Position numbers and translations under genes: made by a program. The notes under the pieces are model-generated. The model ran no database searches and was not told the DNA's origin. It worked only from the letters and a program-made list of their open reading frames with translations. A DNA stretch of 64,000 bases. Source: Eledone cirrhosa. Taxonomy: Eukaryota. This document shows, in pieces, positions 38,583 to 55,011 of this stretch (its first letter is position 1; each line of letters opens with the position of its first letter). The stretch is from positions 27,652,001 to 27,716,000 of the forward strand of contig OZ024754.1 in the NCBI GenBank assembly GCA_964016885.1, written 5' to 3'.

Positions 38583-41012
38583 TAACAAAGAGTGCAAAGA
38601 TAAGGCGGTATGAGAACAGAGTCGATCAGTATAGACAGAACCGCATGTTTGACAACAACCAGAAGATGTTGTTTGGACAGCTTGAAGCGAAAGAAAGAGG
38701 CAACGACTTGATCCCTGAGGCGGAACAGACTATGACATTCTGGAGAGGAATATGGTAGCAGGATGTTGAACATAATAGTCAGGCAGTGTGGATTGAGACA
38801 GTACAAAAGGAGATAAGTGAACAAGCACACCAACAACCTGATTTGAGTATCACAGTTGAAACTCTTAAAGAGCAGGCCAAAAAACTAATTAACTGGAAAT
38901 CACCAGGCCCAGATGGTGTGCAATGGTATTGGATTAAAAATATAACATCCCTCCACCCGAAACTGACAACCATGTTCAATGACTGCTTGATCTCGGGTGA
39001 GGTACCAGAGTTGTTGACAAAAGGTACCATAGTTCTGGTAATGAAAGACCGAATCAAGGGTAATGATATTACTAACTATAAGCGTATCACATGTCTGTCC
39101 GTAATGTGGAAACTGTCAACAAGCATTGTGTCTGAGGAAATCTACCATCACCTCCACATAAACAACTTGTTAGCAGACGAACAGAAAAGATGCCGAAAGA
39201 AGTGCCGTGGTATAAAAGACCAGTTACTTATTGATAAGATGGTAATAAGGAATTGCAAGAAGAGACACACTGGTCTTGCCATGGGATGGATGGATTACAA
39301 AAATAGTACCTCATTCTTGAATAACCAAAAGCCTAGAGTTCTTCAAGGTGGCAGATAAGATCAGACAGTTGTTGAGCAAAAGCATGAAGTCCTGGGAAAC
39401 AGAGTTAACATCGGGTGGAGAATCCTTGGGAGGCGTGAAGATCAAGAGAGGTATCTTCCAGGGAGATAGTTTGTCCCCTCTGCTGTTGTTCTTGCCCTGA
39501 TACACCTGACCGTTATAATACGAAAAGTGAGAGCAGGATACATGTTGGGAAAAAGAGAGCTTACCATCGACCACCTCCTCTTCATGGACAATCTTAAACT
39601 CTTTGGGAAGAGTGAGAAGGAGTTGGATGCACTTGTTGACACTGTCCGTATTTTCAGCAATGATATATGTATGTAATTTGGTATTAGTAAGTGTGGAGTC
39701 TTAGTGATGAAGAGGGGTAAATTGAGCAGAAGCAACGGAATCCAGGTACCAACAGGTGAGATGATAAAGGAAATAGACACTAGAGAAGGATACAAATATT
39801 TGGGTGTTCTGGAGGCAGATGACATCAAGAACAAAAAATTGAAGGAATTGATAAGATCTGAGTACATAAGGAGAGTAAGGAGCGTATTAAAATCACATCT
39901 AAATAGTAGGAATGTCATAAGTGCAGTGAATTCCCGAGCTGTGTCTATTATTGGATAGGAAGACTGGGAAGCTATTGACTAACTACAACATATTTCACAA
40001 GAGGAGTGATGTCGATAGGCTCTACTTAAAGAGATCTGAGGGTGGAAGAGGTCTTATCAGCATAGAGGACTATGTTCAGATGGAGAAAAACAACCTGCAC
40101 AAATACGTGACTGACAGTATGGAGCCAATGTTCAAAATTGTACTGAAGGAGAAGACAATGGACCTGGGGATGTCCAATGAAGAAATAACAACAAGGAGGA
40201 AGAGCAACCTTCATGAAAAACTCTTCGTAGTACCTTCTTTAAGAAAACTGAATTTAGAGATCCACAGACATGGAACTGGTTAAAAAGAGGAGACCTTAAA
40301 AAAGCTACGGAAAGAATGCTAATGGCTGCGCAAGAGCAGGCCCTCAGGACGAAGTGGTTGAAACACCATATTTACAAGGAGGATGCTAGCTAATTGTGTA
40401 GGATCTGTGGAGAGAGAGTGAGGAGACTGTGGCTCACATTGTATCCGAGTGTAAACACCTAGCACAGACTCACTATAAAGGATGAAGACATGATGTGATA
40501 GGCAGGGTGATCCACTAGCGTCTATGCAAAGTAAACAATTTACCACATTCTGAGAAGTGGTATGAGCATAAGCCAGAGTCGATGATAGAAAACGATCAGG
40601 TGAAGGTGCTATGGGATTTTAGGATACAGACGGACAAGAAATTAGAACACAATAGGCCTGACTTGGTGGTTTGGACAAGGAAAAAAGATCGTGCCTAATT
40701 GTAGATGTAGCCTGCCCATTTAACACCAGAGTGCAAGAAAAGTAGAGGGAGCAAATTAACCGATACCAGGACTTAAAGTGGGAGCTAAAAAGGATTTGGA
40801 ACTGCCATGAATCAAGGTCGTCCCGATTGTCATAGGCGCACTAGGTACTATCTCAAAGAGTTTCCAAGGATGGTTAAAGATTAGTCCAGCCCCGCTTTTT
40901 GGAACACTTCAAAAGGCATGCTTGCTGGGAATAGCAAGAACCCTCCGATACGTCCTGAATATCTGAGGCTGCAGGTAGTGGCTTGATATTCATTTCAACA
41001 AACTTTCCAGTT
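38583..41012 (+). mobile_element. Dong/R4-clade element (copy 3, same family as copy 1), disrupted
   Basis: NWKSPGPDGV, RGIFQGDSLSPLL, HLLFMDNLKLF; 39840-41012 aligns with 35284-36512; multiple stops and a deletion near 39952. Confidence 0.9.
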
Positions 41013-41017
41013 AAATA

Positions 41018-41358
41018 ACTGTTTCTACTTTAGGCACAGGGCCAGCAATTACCCAGTACATTACTGGTACTTTATTTTATCGACCCCGTAAGGATGAAAG
41101 GCAAATTAACCTCGGATTTGAACTCAGATCATAAAGGGACGTAACTCTATGCATCAAAGCATGGTGTCCGACTCTCTACCGATACTGCCAATAGGCACAA
41201 TGTCAATTAAATCGACCTAGTACATTACTGGCGCTTTATTTTATGGACTCCATGAATATGAAAAGCAAAGCTAACCTTGACACGATATGAACTCAGAATT
41301 TAAAGGAAACTAGCTATATACCACGAAACATTTTGTCCGTCACTCTACCGATACTGCA
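41018..41358 (-). mobile_element. Two adjacent SINE copies (41018-41192 and diverged 41194-41358)
   Basis: Both contain attactgg..ctttattttat..gac.cc and gaactcaga motifs. Confidence 0.75.
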
Positions 41359-41997
41359 AACCTTGCTGACAGTTGATAATAGTAAACCAAACGTTAGAGA
41401 GCCCCTTGTTCACTTTAAACCCCATCAGGTGCATTTTTACATTCTGTCTTGATAATCTTATTCTATGTGGCCTCCTTATCCATCCTTTCACTTTTTATTT
41501 CTCTGTATTGCCTGTATTCGTCATCTAAATTTTAACGATTGGTTGTTTGATATTCTTTATTTACATTTGATTTATCACTTCCCAGCGAAGCACAGAATTC
41601 TCACCTCCCTCACAATTGTTTTACTATATCAGGATTTATCAAGGTACTTGAATGATTTGAAATTTGAGATATGAGAATCAACACGCACAAAATAAATGTC
41701 TAAACAGTCAATCGCGCTATAACTAATAAAACATCGGATCAAATACACATTTGTTTATTTTTTAAATACACGTTTCTGGCTCTAGCCACAAACTAGTAGG
41801 TCTAAATCTTTAATTTGGACAGAATCCGTAGTCAGCCACCACTTGACTTGGCAGCTAATGTACTTGGCCGGGATGCGAGGGATATTGAGGTGAATTCTCT
41901 ATAATGGCTACTTGTCACATTTTCTCTGTCCCTAAAATTATTTTACCCAATTTTCTAAAGGTAGTATTATTTGGATTGCCACATTTCAAACACACAA

Positions 41998-42037
<40 letters not shown>

Positions 42038-42147
42038 TAGTTTTGCGAGGTTTTTTATATGAAATCGTGTGTCGAAACAAATATTGTTATACTTGGGGAG
42101 GGTCATATTTGTGTAATAATATTGCCAGAATTAATAACAGAACACGC

Positions 42148-42503
42148 TCACTGTTTGGTTGGTTTTCGCTTCTGTGTCCTTTATATCGGTTAATTTAATT
42201 TATTCGGTCCTCAATGTTACCATTGACTGAACAACGGTCAAAAATACAGATACAATATAGACACAAACACATATATATATAAAGATGGCGTAGGCATACA
42301 TTGCAACGGGAGGAAACATAATAGCACCACTGACGATGTTGCAGATGTGCAACGAAAGAACTTTGTTAGACTATATATATGTGTTTGAGTCTATATTGTA
42401 TCTGTATTTTTTACCGTTGGTTAGTCAATGGTGACATTGAGGACCGAATAAATTAAATTAACCGATATAAAGGACACAGAAGCGAAAATCAACCAAACAG
42501 TGA
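42148..42503. repeat. Fold-back insert (~130-bp arms) with HHR 5' half in the spacer
   Basis: 42148-42280 inverts 42373-42503; spacer has CTGACGA-t gttgca gatg tgcaac-GAAA at 42330-42357 but no stem I/III partner. Confidence 0.75.
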
Positions 42504-43596
42504 GTGACCCTCCCCAAGTATAACAATATATATATATATACATTGATACATGCAGACACATACACAAGACATTTTATAAAAGCTACACTTGAAATTATGT
42601 TTATGGTAATAGCAACTGAATAAGAATATGAAAATACGGCTGAAATATTTGAGAAAATCAAAACAAAAATAATTTATATTCAGGCATGCAAAGTAAGGGA
42701 AGATGCGAGAAATGAAAATGTTTCTAAAATGGATGGAGAAAAAATGTATTCCTCAAATGTAACACACATCTCATCTACATCTAAATGGTGAGTTAGAAGT
42801 GTCGTTAAAGTGATATTGTGTTTCGTACTTTGCTTTGTGAATTCAAATCCTACCAAAGTGAACCTTGCCGTTTATTATGTCGGGCTTGATAAATAAAATG
42901 CTAGCCCAGAGAGCTGTGAATTGGTCAAATTATTAGAACGCTGGTTGGGATGCCATATGGTAATTTGTTCTGCGTTCAAAACTAACGTGGCCACATTGGG
43001 TGGTAAATACACCCATCATCCAGTTTAACACAAGTGCATAGCATTGGGCTCCTTTTAGAGGAGTCCTTTCTGAATTCAAAACAACTGTAGCCAAATTAAG
43101 TGGTAAATAATGCCATCATCCAGTGTAGCACAACCACATGGCATTGAGCTGCTTCTAGTGAAATCTACTCCGTTGCAGGCCTCTGCTAAAGCCATCCATT
43201 GCAGTTTGAGAAATATTTTACGTATTCACCTTAATTTAATCGATGAATAGGCTACCGAATATGTAATGTAGAACATTTCAATAAGATTAGTAGTATGAGA
43301 AATCTAATATAACCATTATACGCATTGTACAATACCGTATCTGTTAAAAATTATCTAATGCAAAACGAGACAAGAATCAACTGGAGCCAAGCTTTTGCAA
43401 TTTAGTAAATATATAATATCATTTGAGATACTTTTAGAATAGCATACGTCCTTAATTCTATATATTTGTACTTACTAACGTAATATATGTTGTTCAGTTT
43501 TGAATATATAATCACCTTCTGTTCACACATTCACACACAACCTACATATTCACATGCTGTCATCTATACGAGAACATTCATAAACACACGTATCCG

Positions 43597-43629
<33 letters not shown>

Positions 43630-43675
43630 ACACACTCACACACAGACACACACACACACACATATATATATATAC

Positions 43676-43711
<36 letters not shown>

Positions 43712-43920
43712 CATATACATATATTTACATATATTTAAATATATTTACATTTATATATATATGTGTGTATGAGTGTGTATGTATATGACTCTGTCTGTGT
43801 ATTGCGTGTGGGGTGGGGGTGTAGACTAATTAAATCGTATCGAAAACCGATAAAGCGATACACGGAGAAGCGTGTGTGCAAAATCTGTCTTAATTGCTGT
43901 TATTAATATACACAGACCAA

Positions 43921-44041
43921 GACGGTGGATTGGCAGCATATAGTTACGTCCCTTTACGTTCTGAGTTCCAATCCTGCCGAGGTTATCTATACGTTCGTCT
44001 TTACAGGGTCGATAGAATAAAGTACCGGTAACACATTGGGG
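43921..44041 (+). mobile_element. Diverged SINE
   Basis: ctgagttccaatcctgccgagg...cagggtcgatagaataaagtacc. Confidence 0.7.
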
Positions 44042-44719
44042 TTTTAATGAGTTGGTCACAGGGTTATTTACTTTGGTAAACACCACTGCAAGCCAACCAC
44101 TAATTTAATTCGATACAGATATAACAAACTCGCTCGTGAGTGAACTGTCCGCGAGCCGGTCGCCAAGAAAAGCCAAGATGTCACTTTTCTCCCTATGCGT
44201 CTACGTAAAGATGTCCGATGGAACAGCAGAAGAAATAGACTGGTCACGAGGGTTCATTGGTGGAAGATCCGAGAAATACGAACGAATGCTGGGTCAAGAT
44301 GCGATGAATCCACCGGTGCTAACATTTGACCAGGAAGAGTCAATGTGGTACCATAAAGAACATCTCTACGTGGACGCATATTTTTATACGGAATGTTGTC
44401 AACACACACAACAACAAGATGGCGTAGGACAGAACAAAGGAGAGGCACAAAACAAAGAATAGAATCCCCAGTCGCTGAAGAGGTCACAGAATGTGTGACG
44501 AAAGAACTTTGACAATATATGAACAACCGTCTGGTTATGGAACCAACCAACCAACCGGAAATTTATAAATTCCTAAATTTATAAATTTATTATAATAAAT
44601 TGGAGTGAAAGCTACTGGTGCGTGTGTTTCTTATTGGCAACATGACCCTCCCAAAGCATAACAATATCGGTTTCAACACGTTTTCAGATAAAGAATCTTG
44701 CTAAACCAATTCAGAAACG

Positions 44720-46330
<1,611 letters not shown>

Positions 46331-47021
46331 GTTTATACATATATATATATATATATATGTGTGTGTTTGTGTGTGTCTGTGAGAGAGAGAGATAGCTGAG
46401 TATTTGTGTGCGTGTGTGTGTATGTGTGTGTTTGTGCATGTGGTTTTGCACGGATCTACATGTGTTGAATCATTTGATTATATTGAATACATACTCGAAA
46501 TTAATATTATGTAAAAAGATATGGATGTAAATATATGTGTAATATTTAAGTTTTTATTGGTCGTTAATCCGCGGGCATTAATATGTCTAGAAAACCAGTT
46601 CTCATAAATGGATTTTAAATATACATTTATAGTTAAAACTTTTAGCTTCTTACGAGAAAAATAATTGAATATTGAAAATTCACACAATTTTTAATTATTT
46701 CTTTTAGAAGTTAAATTGAATGTTCCATCAAAATCTTTTACCTGGTTATATATTTCTTAATTTTATAAATGTATCCCTTGTAGATCATAATACTGAATAG
46801 AGATTCACTGCCGAATGTTATATTTCCATCAAACATATAATGTGTGGCAAATAAAAACTGACAACAAAGTATTGTAGAATCAAATAACAAAATATTATCG
46901 ATGTTTTGCTTATGTTTTAGATTACTTGGCTAGTATATATTTTATCGACAGCTAAAGTGATAAAAGTCCAAATTGATCTCGGCGTGATTTGAACTCAGAA
47001 CGCACAAAAGCGGAATAATAT

Positions 47022-47522
<501 letters not shown>

Positions 47523-47541
47523 ATATTTATATATATCACAT

Positions 47542-47603
<62 letters not shown>

Positions 47604-48721
47604 AAAATAAGTCCATATAATCATTTGATAACATATATACAGTATTTCTTCTCCCAATCAGCATAATCAACCACATAAAAAATCAATTAAATTTTAAAAT
47701 GTACCTATGAAGAAACAATAGATAAATAAATGATAGCTATTTTATCCGCGATCCACAACCACAGAAGATGTACCTAGTATTTCTAATGTCCCGTAGAAAT
47801 TGACTAGACATATAATTAACCATACACAATTAGGTACAAAATCAAAGTTAGAAGAAAAAATTTACATAAACATACCAAAGTCATGTTTCTACCCCCGGAG
47901 GTTTCATTCGCTTTTTGGAAATATCTGATCATGGATAAATCAATGAGTTTCGAAATCATCAGGAAACAAACTCAATTGGACAAAGATTTTTCTTAAATGA
48001 TCCCCGCCAGAAACGAATTCAAAATGGCTAAGAATTGTCACATGGCCAGTGGTCAAGTCAGAAAGCTTGTGATTGGTGCCTGACGGTGAGTAGGCTGGTT
48101 GCTAGAAAGCGCAGCCGAATACTGCCTAAAGTTTTACTCCACCTTACGGGAGTATATAAAATATAGAGGTTTACATATACATAAACTAGACAGAGCCATA
48201 GATATATATAGAATATATGGTTGCATTTTTTCAGGGTATGTCAATATTTATTTATAAAACTAACCTATATTATATATATATATCTGATGAAAGCGCACCA
48301 TAGTTTGCCTTGGTGGCCCTTGAAATATGTATAATGAAATAAATATGGTTTTATAAATATAGTTTCCATTTGTTAATATATTGTATATATATATATATTT
48401 ATATATATATATATGGTCAGCATCAGGAGAGAAAGACAGAAAAAGATAAACAAAATGTGAACTTTTCTCTATATGTATGTAAACCATGTTACTTATTTCC
48501 AAATTCTTATTATTATATTTTTTAATTTCATTATACACTTCCGTCGCATGAAGAAGCCCATAGGCTGCAACCGGTATGAAAAATTCGGAAATTCATCTTT
48601 TAAAAATAAATGTTTTGCTGTTATTCTATGAAAAAATCGCTTTCGCATTTTCTACTGTTTTTACTATTTTACTATTACATACATATATATATATATATAT
48701 ATTAGTGTGTGTGTGTGTGTA

Positions 48722-48790
<69 letters not shown>

Positions 48791-49311
48791 ATGTGTACCT
48801 GTCTGTGCGTATGTGCGTGTGTCTGTGTGGGTGTGTTTCGGGGGGGGGGGGGTATGCGTATGTGTCTTGAAAAATATGTATTGTGTTATATATATATGAC
48901 AGGATTCACTAAAGCCCTTTAATTCGGTACCCCCACCATTGTCGCAGTCTACTAACTGAAACAAATGACAGAAAAATCGTGATTCTGTAAACTGTCGGGA
49001 GACGAAGATATAACATAATACACTACACTACAAAAGTACAAACTCAAATTTTCAGTCTGAGACACTAAATAGATAAAGTGTATCCTGAAGGAAAAATAAA
49101 CACACAATTATATGTTAATTTCCTCTGGTTAATGAAGCGTCAGCACAGTAATTAGTTGCTAACACAACTAACACAATTCATTTACATTTTTCTTTAATGT
49201 TACAACTAATGTCCGTACATATGTACTACTTTTACTCTCTTTCGTTATATATACACCAATATATATAGATTCACCCAAAACGGAAATATATATGTAAGTG
49301 GAAAAAGAAAG

Positions 49312-49389
49312 TGAGAGAAAGAGGGGAAGTAATGGACAATTATATATATATATGTATATATATATATAGATACGTGTGTGTATGTATGT

Positions 49390-49455
<66 letters not shown>

Positions 49456-49473
49456 ACATACATACACACACGC

Positions 49474-49506
<33 letters not shown>

Positions 49507-49536
49507 ATTGTCCATTACATCTCCCTCTTTCTCTCA
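49312..49536. repeat. Inverted duplication around a (TA)n spacer
   Basis: tgagagaaagagggga..gtaatggacaatta...gtatgtatgtaggta mirrored by tacctacatacatac...taattgtccattac..tccctctttctctca. Confidence 0.75.
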
Positions 49537-49783
49537 ATTTGTGTATATATTGTTTTTATATATATATATATATTTATATATATATGTATGTATATGTGTG
49601 AATATATATATGTGAGTATATATATTTATGTATATATGTATGTGTATGTTTGTGTATATATGTATGTATGTGTGTGTGCATATATATATATATATGTATG
49701 TGTGTATATGTATATATGTATATATATATATATACACACATACATATATATATATATATATACACACACACATATACACACTT

Positions 49784-49835
<52 letters not shown>

Positions 49836-49914
49836 TTAGGGTAAACACTGATGCAATTCAATTCAAGCACTCAACGTACTTTTTCCACATAGGAGTGACG
49901 GAGTAAATATCGAA

Positions 49915-50261
49915 TAAGTAAAAGCGAAGTAGTTTCAGATGTTCAAGTCCTTTAATAATAATGCTGTGATATATATTTCAATGATGACACTGGCAACACT
50001 GTTCTGTGTGCGAGTGTCGTGACATCAGGAATTGGTACTCACAGGGGAACGGATGAAGAACCCAAAAGCACACACTTCGTCCGTTCCCATGTCGATTCAA
50101 CTTGGATTGCTTCGGAAACATAACCTTATTATGTAACAAGCTGTCTGATGATGTCACGACACTCGCACACAGAACAGTGTGGCCAGTGTCGTCATTGAAA
50201 TATATATCACAGCATTATTATTAAAGGACTTGAACATCTGAAACTACTTCGCTTTTACTTA
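49915..50261. repeat. Fold-back insert (~113-bp arms) containing an HHR
   Basis: 49915-50027 inverts 50149-50261; the inverted arm stops inside the CTGATGA core. Confidence 0.85.
50140..50213 (+). ncRNA. Type I hammerhead ribozyme with extended stem II
   Basis: gctgt-CTGATGA-tgtc acgacact..cacac agaaca gtgtg..agtgtcgt catt-GAAA-tatata-TC-acagc; perfect 5-bp stem I, AUC triplet; relative at 26294-26348 (-) with a different stem II hairpin. Confidence 0.85.
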
Positions 50262-50279
50262 TATGTATATATATGTATT

Positions 50280-50312
<33 letters not shown>

Positions 50313-50385
50313 GTATATATATATGTATATATATATGTGTATATATATGTATATATATATGTATATGTGTGTGTATGTGTATGTG

Positions 50386-50416
<31 letters not shown>

Positions 50417-50485
50417 GTATGTATTTATATGTATGTGTATGTGTGTGTGTATATGTGTATTAATATATGTGTGTGTATATATATA

Positions 50486-50529
<44 letters not shown>

Positions 50530-50932
50530 TATATAAGGGAGAGATGACCCCTTAGCCTTTGTCAAGGCAGAATTCTAGGAGAAGGAAAACTCTGATATAA
50601 CACCTGCAACCCTGATGGTATCCAATGATGTTGACTTGTTCTTCTTTTTGGTAAATATCATCTTGGTGGGACTGGCTTTGTGCAGTGCCTTTTCTCACTA
50701 TCAAAGCTTCACGGCACAGGCATTGCTTTATATCTGAAGATCTCTCTGCACTTGCATCACATGGTACCATGGCCCAACACTATGTGTCAATAATTGTCAT
50801 AAGTGTAGTGTTTGTACCAGAGTTTTCAAGTCACTGGCTGGACTAAAAAGTCACACTTGTTCAGCGCATCGGTAGGGGTTCTCCTACATGGTTATAAAGT
50901 AGTAGCAGTACTCGAAAACGAGTTGGCAGCCA

Positions 50933-51011
<79 letters not shown>

Positions 51012-51082
51012 TATATTATATATGTATATATATATATTTATATATATGTATATGTGCATGTATGTATGTGTGTATGTCTGTG

Positions 51083-51133
<51 letters not shown>

Positions 51134-51138
<5 letters not shown>

Positions 51139-51493
51139 TAAGAGGAATTCCAACTTTGTCTGATTTACTCGTTTTATTTACAATCCTTTAAAATTTATAA
51201 TGGTATAATGAAATAGTATGATAGAATATTAAATTCTAAGTGTTAATTGAACAAGTACTTTCATGCTTTCGCAATCTTCATGTTCATAATGTCAACTGAC
51301 AGTTGAAAATTGCAAACTTGACTGTCACCACATGTTATGAACCTGAAGATTGCGAAAGCATGAAAGTACTTGTTCTATTAACACTTAGAATTTAATATTC
51401 TATCATACTATTTCATTATAATACCATTATAAATTTTAAAGGATTGTAAATAAAACGAGTAAATCAGAGAAAGTTGGAATTCCTCTTATTAAT
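51134..51493. repeat. Fold-back insert (~155-bp arms) with HHR at the inner end of each arm
   Basis: 51134-51289 inverts 51335-51493; minus-arm HHR (51248-51286) has C3 changed to A. Confidence 0.85.
51339..51375 (+). ncRNA. Minimal type I hammerhead ribozyme
   Basis: gaac-CTGAAGA-t tgc gaaa gca t-GAAA-gtac-TT-gttc; GNRA loop II, palindromic AAGTACTT stem III. Confidence 0.85.
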
Positions 51494-51531
51494 ATAATCT
51501 TCTATACACAATCATACACACCCGTGTATAT

Positions 51532-51642
<111 letters not shown>

Positions 51643-51842
51643 AACCAGTAAGACCCCGACTATCCGGGAGCTTCCAACAGTAATGGTTGCATTTTTTAAG
51701 GGTATGTCAATATTTATTTATAAAACTGATCTATATTATATTTTATCTTATGAAAGCACACCATAATTTAACTTGGTGTCCTTGAAATATGTATAATGAA
51801 ATAAATATGGTTTTATAAATATAGTTTCTATTTGTTAATATC

Positions 51843-51980
<138 letters not shown>

Positions 51981-52734
51981 TATATATTCTGGAACATATG
52001 GTTCGGCTATGTGTATACGGGAGTTTTGCGTCTGTGTGAGTATGCAGGTTCGTACGTATGTAGGGCGTGTATATATGTGTTCTTCATGTTTTGGTTGACT
52101 TACGTCTCCGAACATTCGTGTATTTCCATGTAGGTATGTGTGTGCGCTTGTTATATACGTATTTATTTATTTATATACGTTTATATAATTATTTATTTAT
52201 TTGTATACACGCTTACACACACATATTTATATGTGCGTGGTTTTGTTTACCTATGGTAAGTTTTTGCGTATGCTTGTGTATGTACGTTTTTGTTTGCGTG
52301 TATGTATTTATTTATTTCTATTACTTCTGTATTGTATTTATTTACTTTGTTCTTAACTCCGTAGCGGAGATTCATTCGGTCTCCTAGTTAGAATTTAGTC
52401 TACGACTTCTGCTATACCATTTACGTGGTTTTGTCTTTGCATGCTATTGTTCTCCACACTCCAGATATGACGTATTATCTTCGTTCATTGCCAGGAACGT
52501 CTCTATGCACCACCTAAGAGAACATTAGTCTACGACCTCTTTTATACCATAAACGTGGTTCTGTCTTTGCGCGTAATTGTTTTTCACCGCTCCTATTAAT
52601 GACGTATTATATTCGTTTTTTCTCGTTCTTAGCCAGCGAACGTTTCCACGAACCAAAGTATCGTCTTCCTGTCTTCCTCCGGTTGCAACGTTTTTTGAAA
52701 TATCCAGTTCTGCGTTTACAGATTGACTTTGTTA

Positions 52735-52783
52735 TTTTCAGAAGATCCCGTTAAGGGTGAAAGCAGCGATTCTTTGCTTAAAC
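52735..52783 (+). ncRNA. Type I hammerhead motif, U4A variant core
   Basis: tttt-CAGAAGA-t ccc gttaa ggg t-GAA-AGCA gcgattctt TGCT-T-aaac; same family as 63807-63855. Confidence 0.65.
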
Positions 52784-53464
52784 TTTAATCTGTTATTTTA
52801 ATAAATATTTGCTCTACGGTTCTTATATATTTGATATATATTTATCCTTATCGAGCCCTCTTTGGATTTTAGTCTTCAAATTTATTATTATTACTATATA
52901 TGTGTGTATATATATATGTATATATGTGTGTGGGGGAGGGGTGCGCGTGTGTGTGTGTGAGTGTGTGTGTTTGTGAATGTGTCTCTTGACATTTGGAATA
53001 TAGCTTAAGAGAAACTTGAAGATAATGGTATGATAGGCACTCAATACTTTGAATTGGTCTATAGAATTCTCTAGGCCTTTGTCACTCTAAGTAGAACCTT
53101 AAAGAATTAGCTTTTAAAGAATTTCCCTTTTCTTTAAATCCATCAACCATGACTGACCCACAACAATCTTATAGACACCTGAAATATAGGCATTGTTAGC
53201 TTAAAAATAAGGAGTGGCACCCCATTCTGAACTTGTTTATAGAATTCTTTCTGCCTTTGTTATTCTAAATATAAATTATAGCTTTAAGGAATTAGCTTTT
53301 AATGAATTCCCTTTTCTATCAACCAATGACCTACACCCATCCCACTCCCTACCCTCTCCTACCACCTGAAGAGGCCTATAAATACCATATTTATTTTTTG
53401 ATACCTAGATTCCTGATGGTTTCTAAAGAATGAAACTAGTCCTGTAGAATCACATCTATATTAA

Positions 53465-53544
<80 letters not shown>

Positions 53545-53551
<7 letters not shown>

Positions 53552-55011
53552 TATAGAGAAAAATACTGCAGGTAGCACATGGTAACATGTAATAAAATAC
53601 GTCCCTCATCAGTGATTTGCCGAAGATCATAGATATTTCATTGCATTAAAAATCATATATCTCACTTCGGTGCAATAATAACCAAAATAAGTTATTAGGA
53701 CAATTAAAACGCGTAAAGCGAGTGAGACAGGGGAACAACAGAAAAGATAGCATACCGTGGGAGAGAAACAAGCTTCAAAAATTATTCTGTTAGCGTAAGC
53801 TAGGTGAATATATGAGCGCTAGGGAAAGAATAGTCCAGCACGAACGAATGCCGAGAGAGAAAAAATAGCGTCCGTGAGTGCAGGATGAAATGAAGAGAAG
53901 AGGGAGAAAAACAGTGAGTGAGTGAAAGTGTGAGGAAGAGTTAACGGACAAGACAGAGGGGGAGAAACAGAGAGAATGGGGGAACAGTAAGAGAGAGAGA
54001 AAAAACACAGAATCGCAGTGGTAAATATATGTATTAAAATATAGAGAAAAATACTGCAGGTAGCACATGGTAACATGTAATAAAATACGTCCCTCATCAG
54101 TGATTTGCCGAAGATCATAGATATTTCATTGCATTAAAAATCATATATCTCACTTCGGTGCAATAATAACCAAAATAAGTTATTAGGACAATTAAAACGC
54201 GTAAAGCGAGTGAGACAGGGGAACAACAGAAAAGATAGCATACCGTGGGAGAGAAACAAGCTTCAAAAATTATTCTGTTAGCGTAAGCTAGGTGAATATA
54301 TGAGCGCTAGGGAAAGAATAGTCCAGCACGAACGAATGCCATTGAGCAGAGAGAGAAAAAATAGCGTCCGTGAGTGCAGGATGAAATGAAGAGAAGAGGG
54401 AGAAAAACAGTGAGTGAGTGAAAGTGTGAGGAAGAGTTAACGGACAAGACAGAGGGGGAGAAACAGAGAGAATGGGGGAACAGTAAGAGAGAGAGAAAAA
54501 ACACAGAATCGCAGTGGTAAATATATGTATTAAAATATAGAGAATTCTCTATATTTTAATACATATATTTACCACTGCGATTCTGTGTTTTTTCTCTCTC
54601 TCTTACTGTTCCCCCATTCTCTCTGTTTCTCCCCCTCTGTCTTGTCCGTTAACTCTTCCTCACACTTTCACTCACTCACTGTTTTTCTCCCTCTTCTCTT
54701 CATTTCATCCTGCACTCACGGACGCTATTTTTTCTCTCTCTGCTCAATGGCATTCGTTCGTGCTGGACTATTCTTTCCCTAGCGCTCATATATTCACCTA
54801 GCTTACGCTAACAGAATAATTTTTGAAGCTTGTTTCTCTCCCACGGTATGCTATCTTTTCTGTTGTTCCCCTGTCTCACTCGCTTTACGCGTTTTAATTG
54901 TCCTAATAACTTATTTTGGTTATTATTGCACCGAAGTGAGATATATGATTTTTAATGCAATGAAATATCTATGATCTTCGGCAAATCACTGATGAGGGAC
55001 GTATTTTATTA
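53545..55011. repeat. Two tandem ~490-bp units followed by an inverted unit (934-bp spacerless palindrome 54078-55011)
   Basis: attaaaatatagag at 53545, 54033, 54529 (periods 488 and 496); axis gagaa|ttctc at 54544/54545; (TA)n on both flanks. Confidence 0.9.

Noticed and set aside
44136-44462. 108-aa ORF in GC-balanced sequence
   Set aside because: No recognisable motif; adjoins a dispersed repeat family
47940-47966. Minus-strand CTGATGA-tttc-GAAA and nearby gtgagt donor-like site at ~48085
   Set aside because: No stem II, 2-bp stem I; surrounding frame has stops and no recognisable protein
48280-48335. CTGATGA-stem-GAAA-tatgta motif, relative at ~51745-51797
   Set aside because: Stem I and NUH cannot both be satisfied and the second copy has a broken core; only a degenerate candidate
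54962-55000. SECIS or C/D-box interpretation of ATGA...CTGATGA
   Set aside because: Spacing far too short for SECIS helix II and box order wrong for a C/D snoRNA
53545-55011. CRISPR-like or LTR interpretation of the repeats
   Set aside because: Eukaryotic context, no repeat-spacer periodicity, no TG..CA ends, PBS or internal domain
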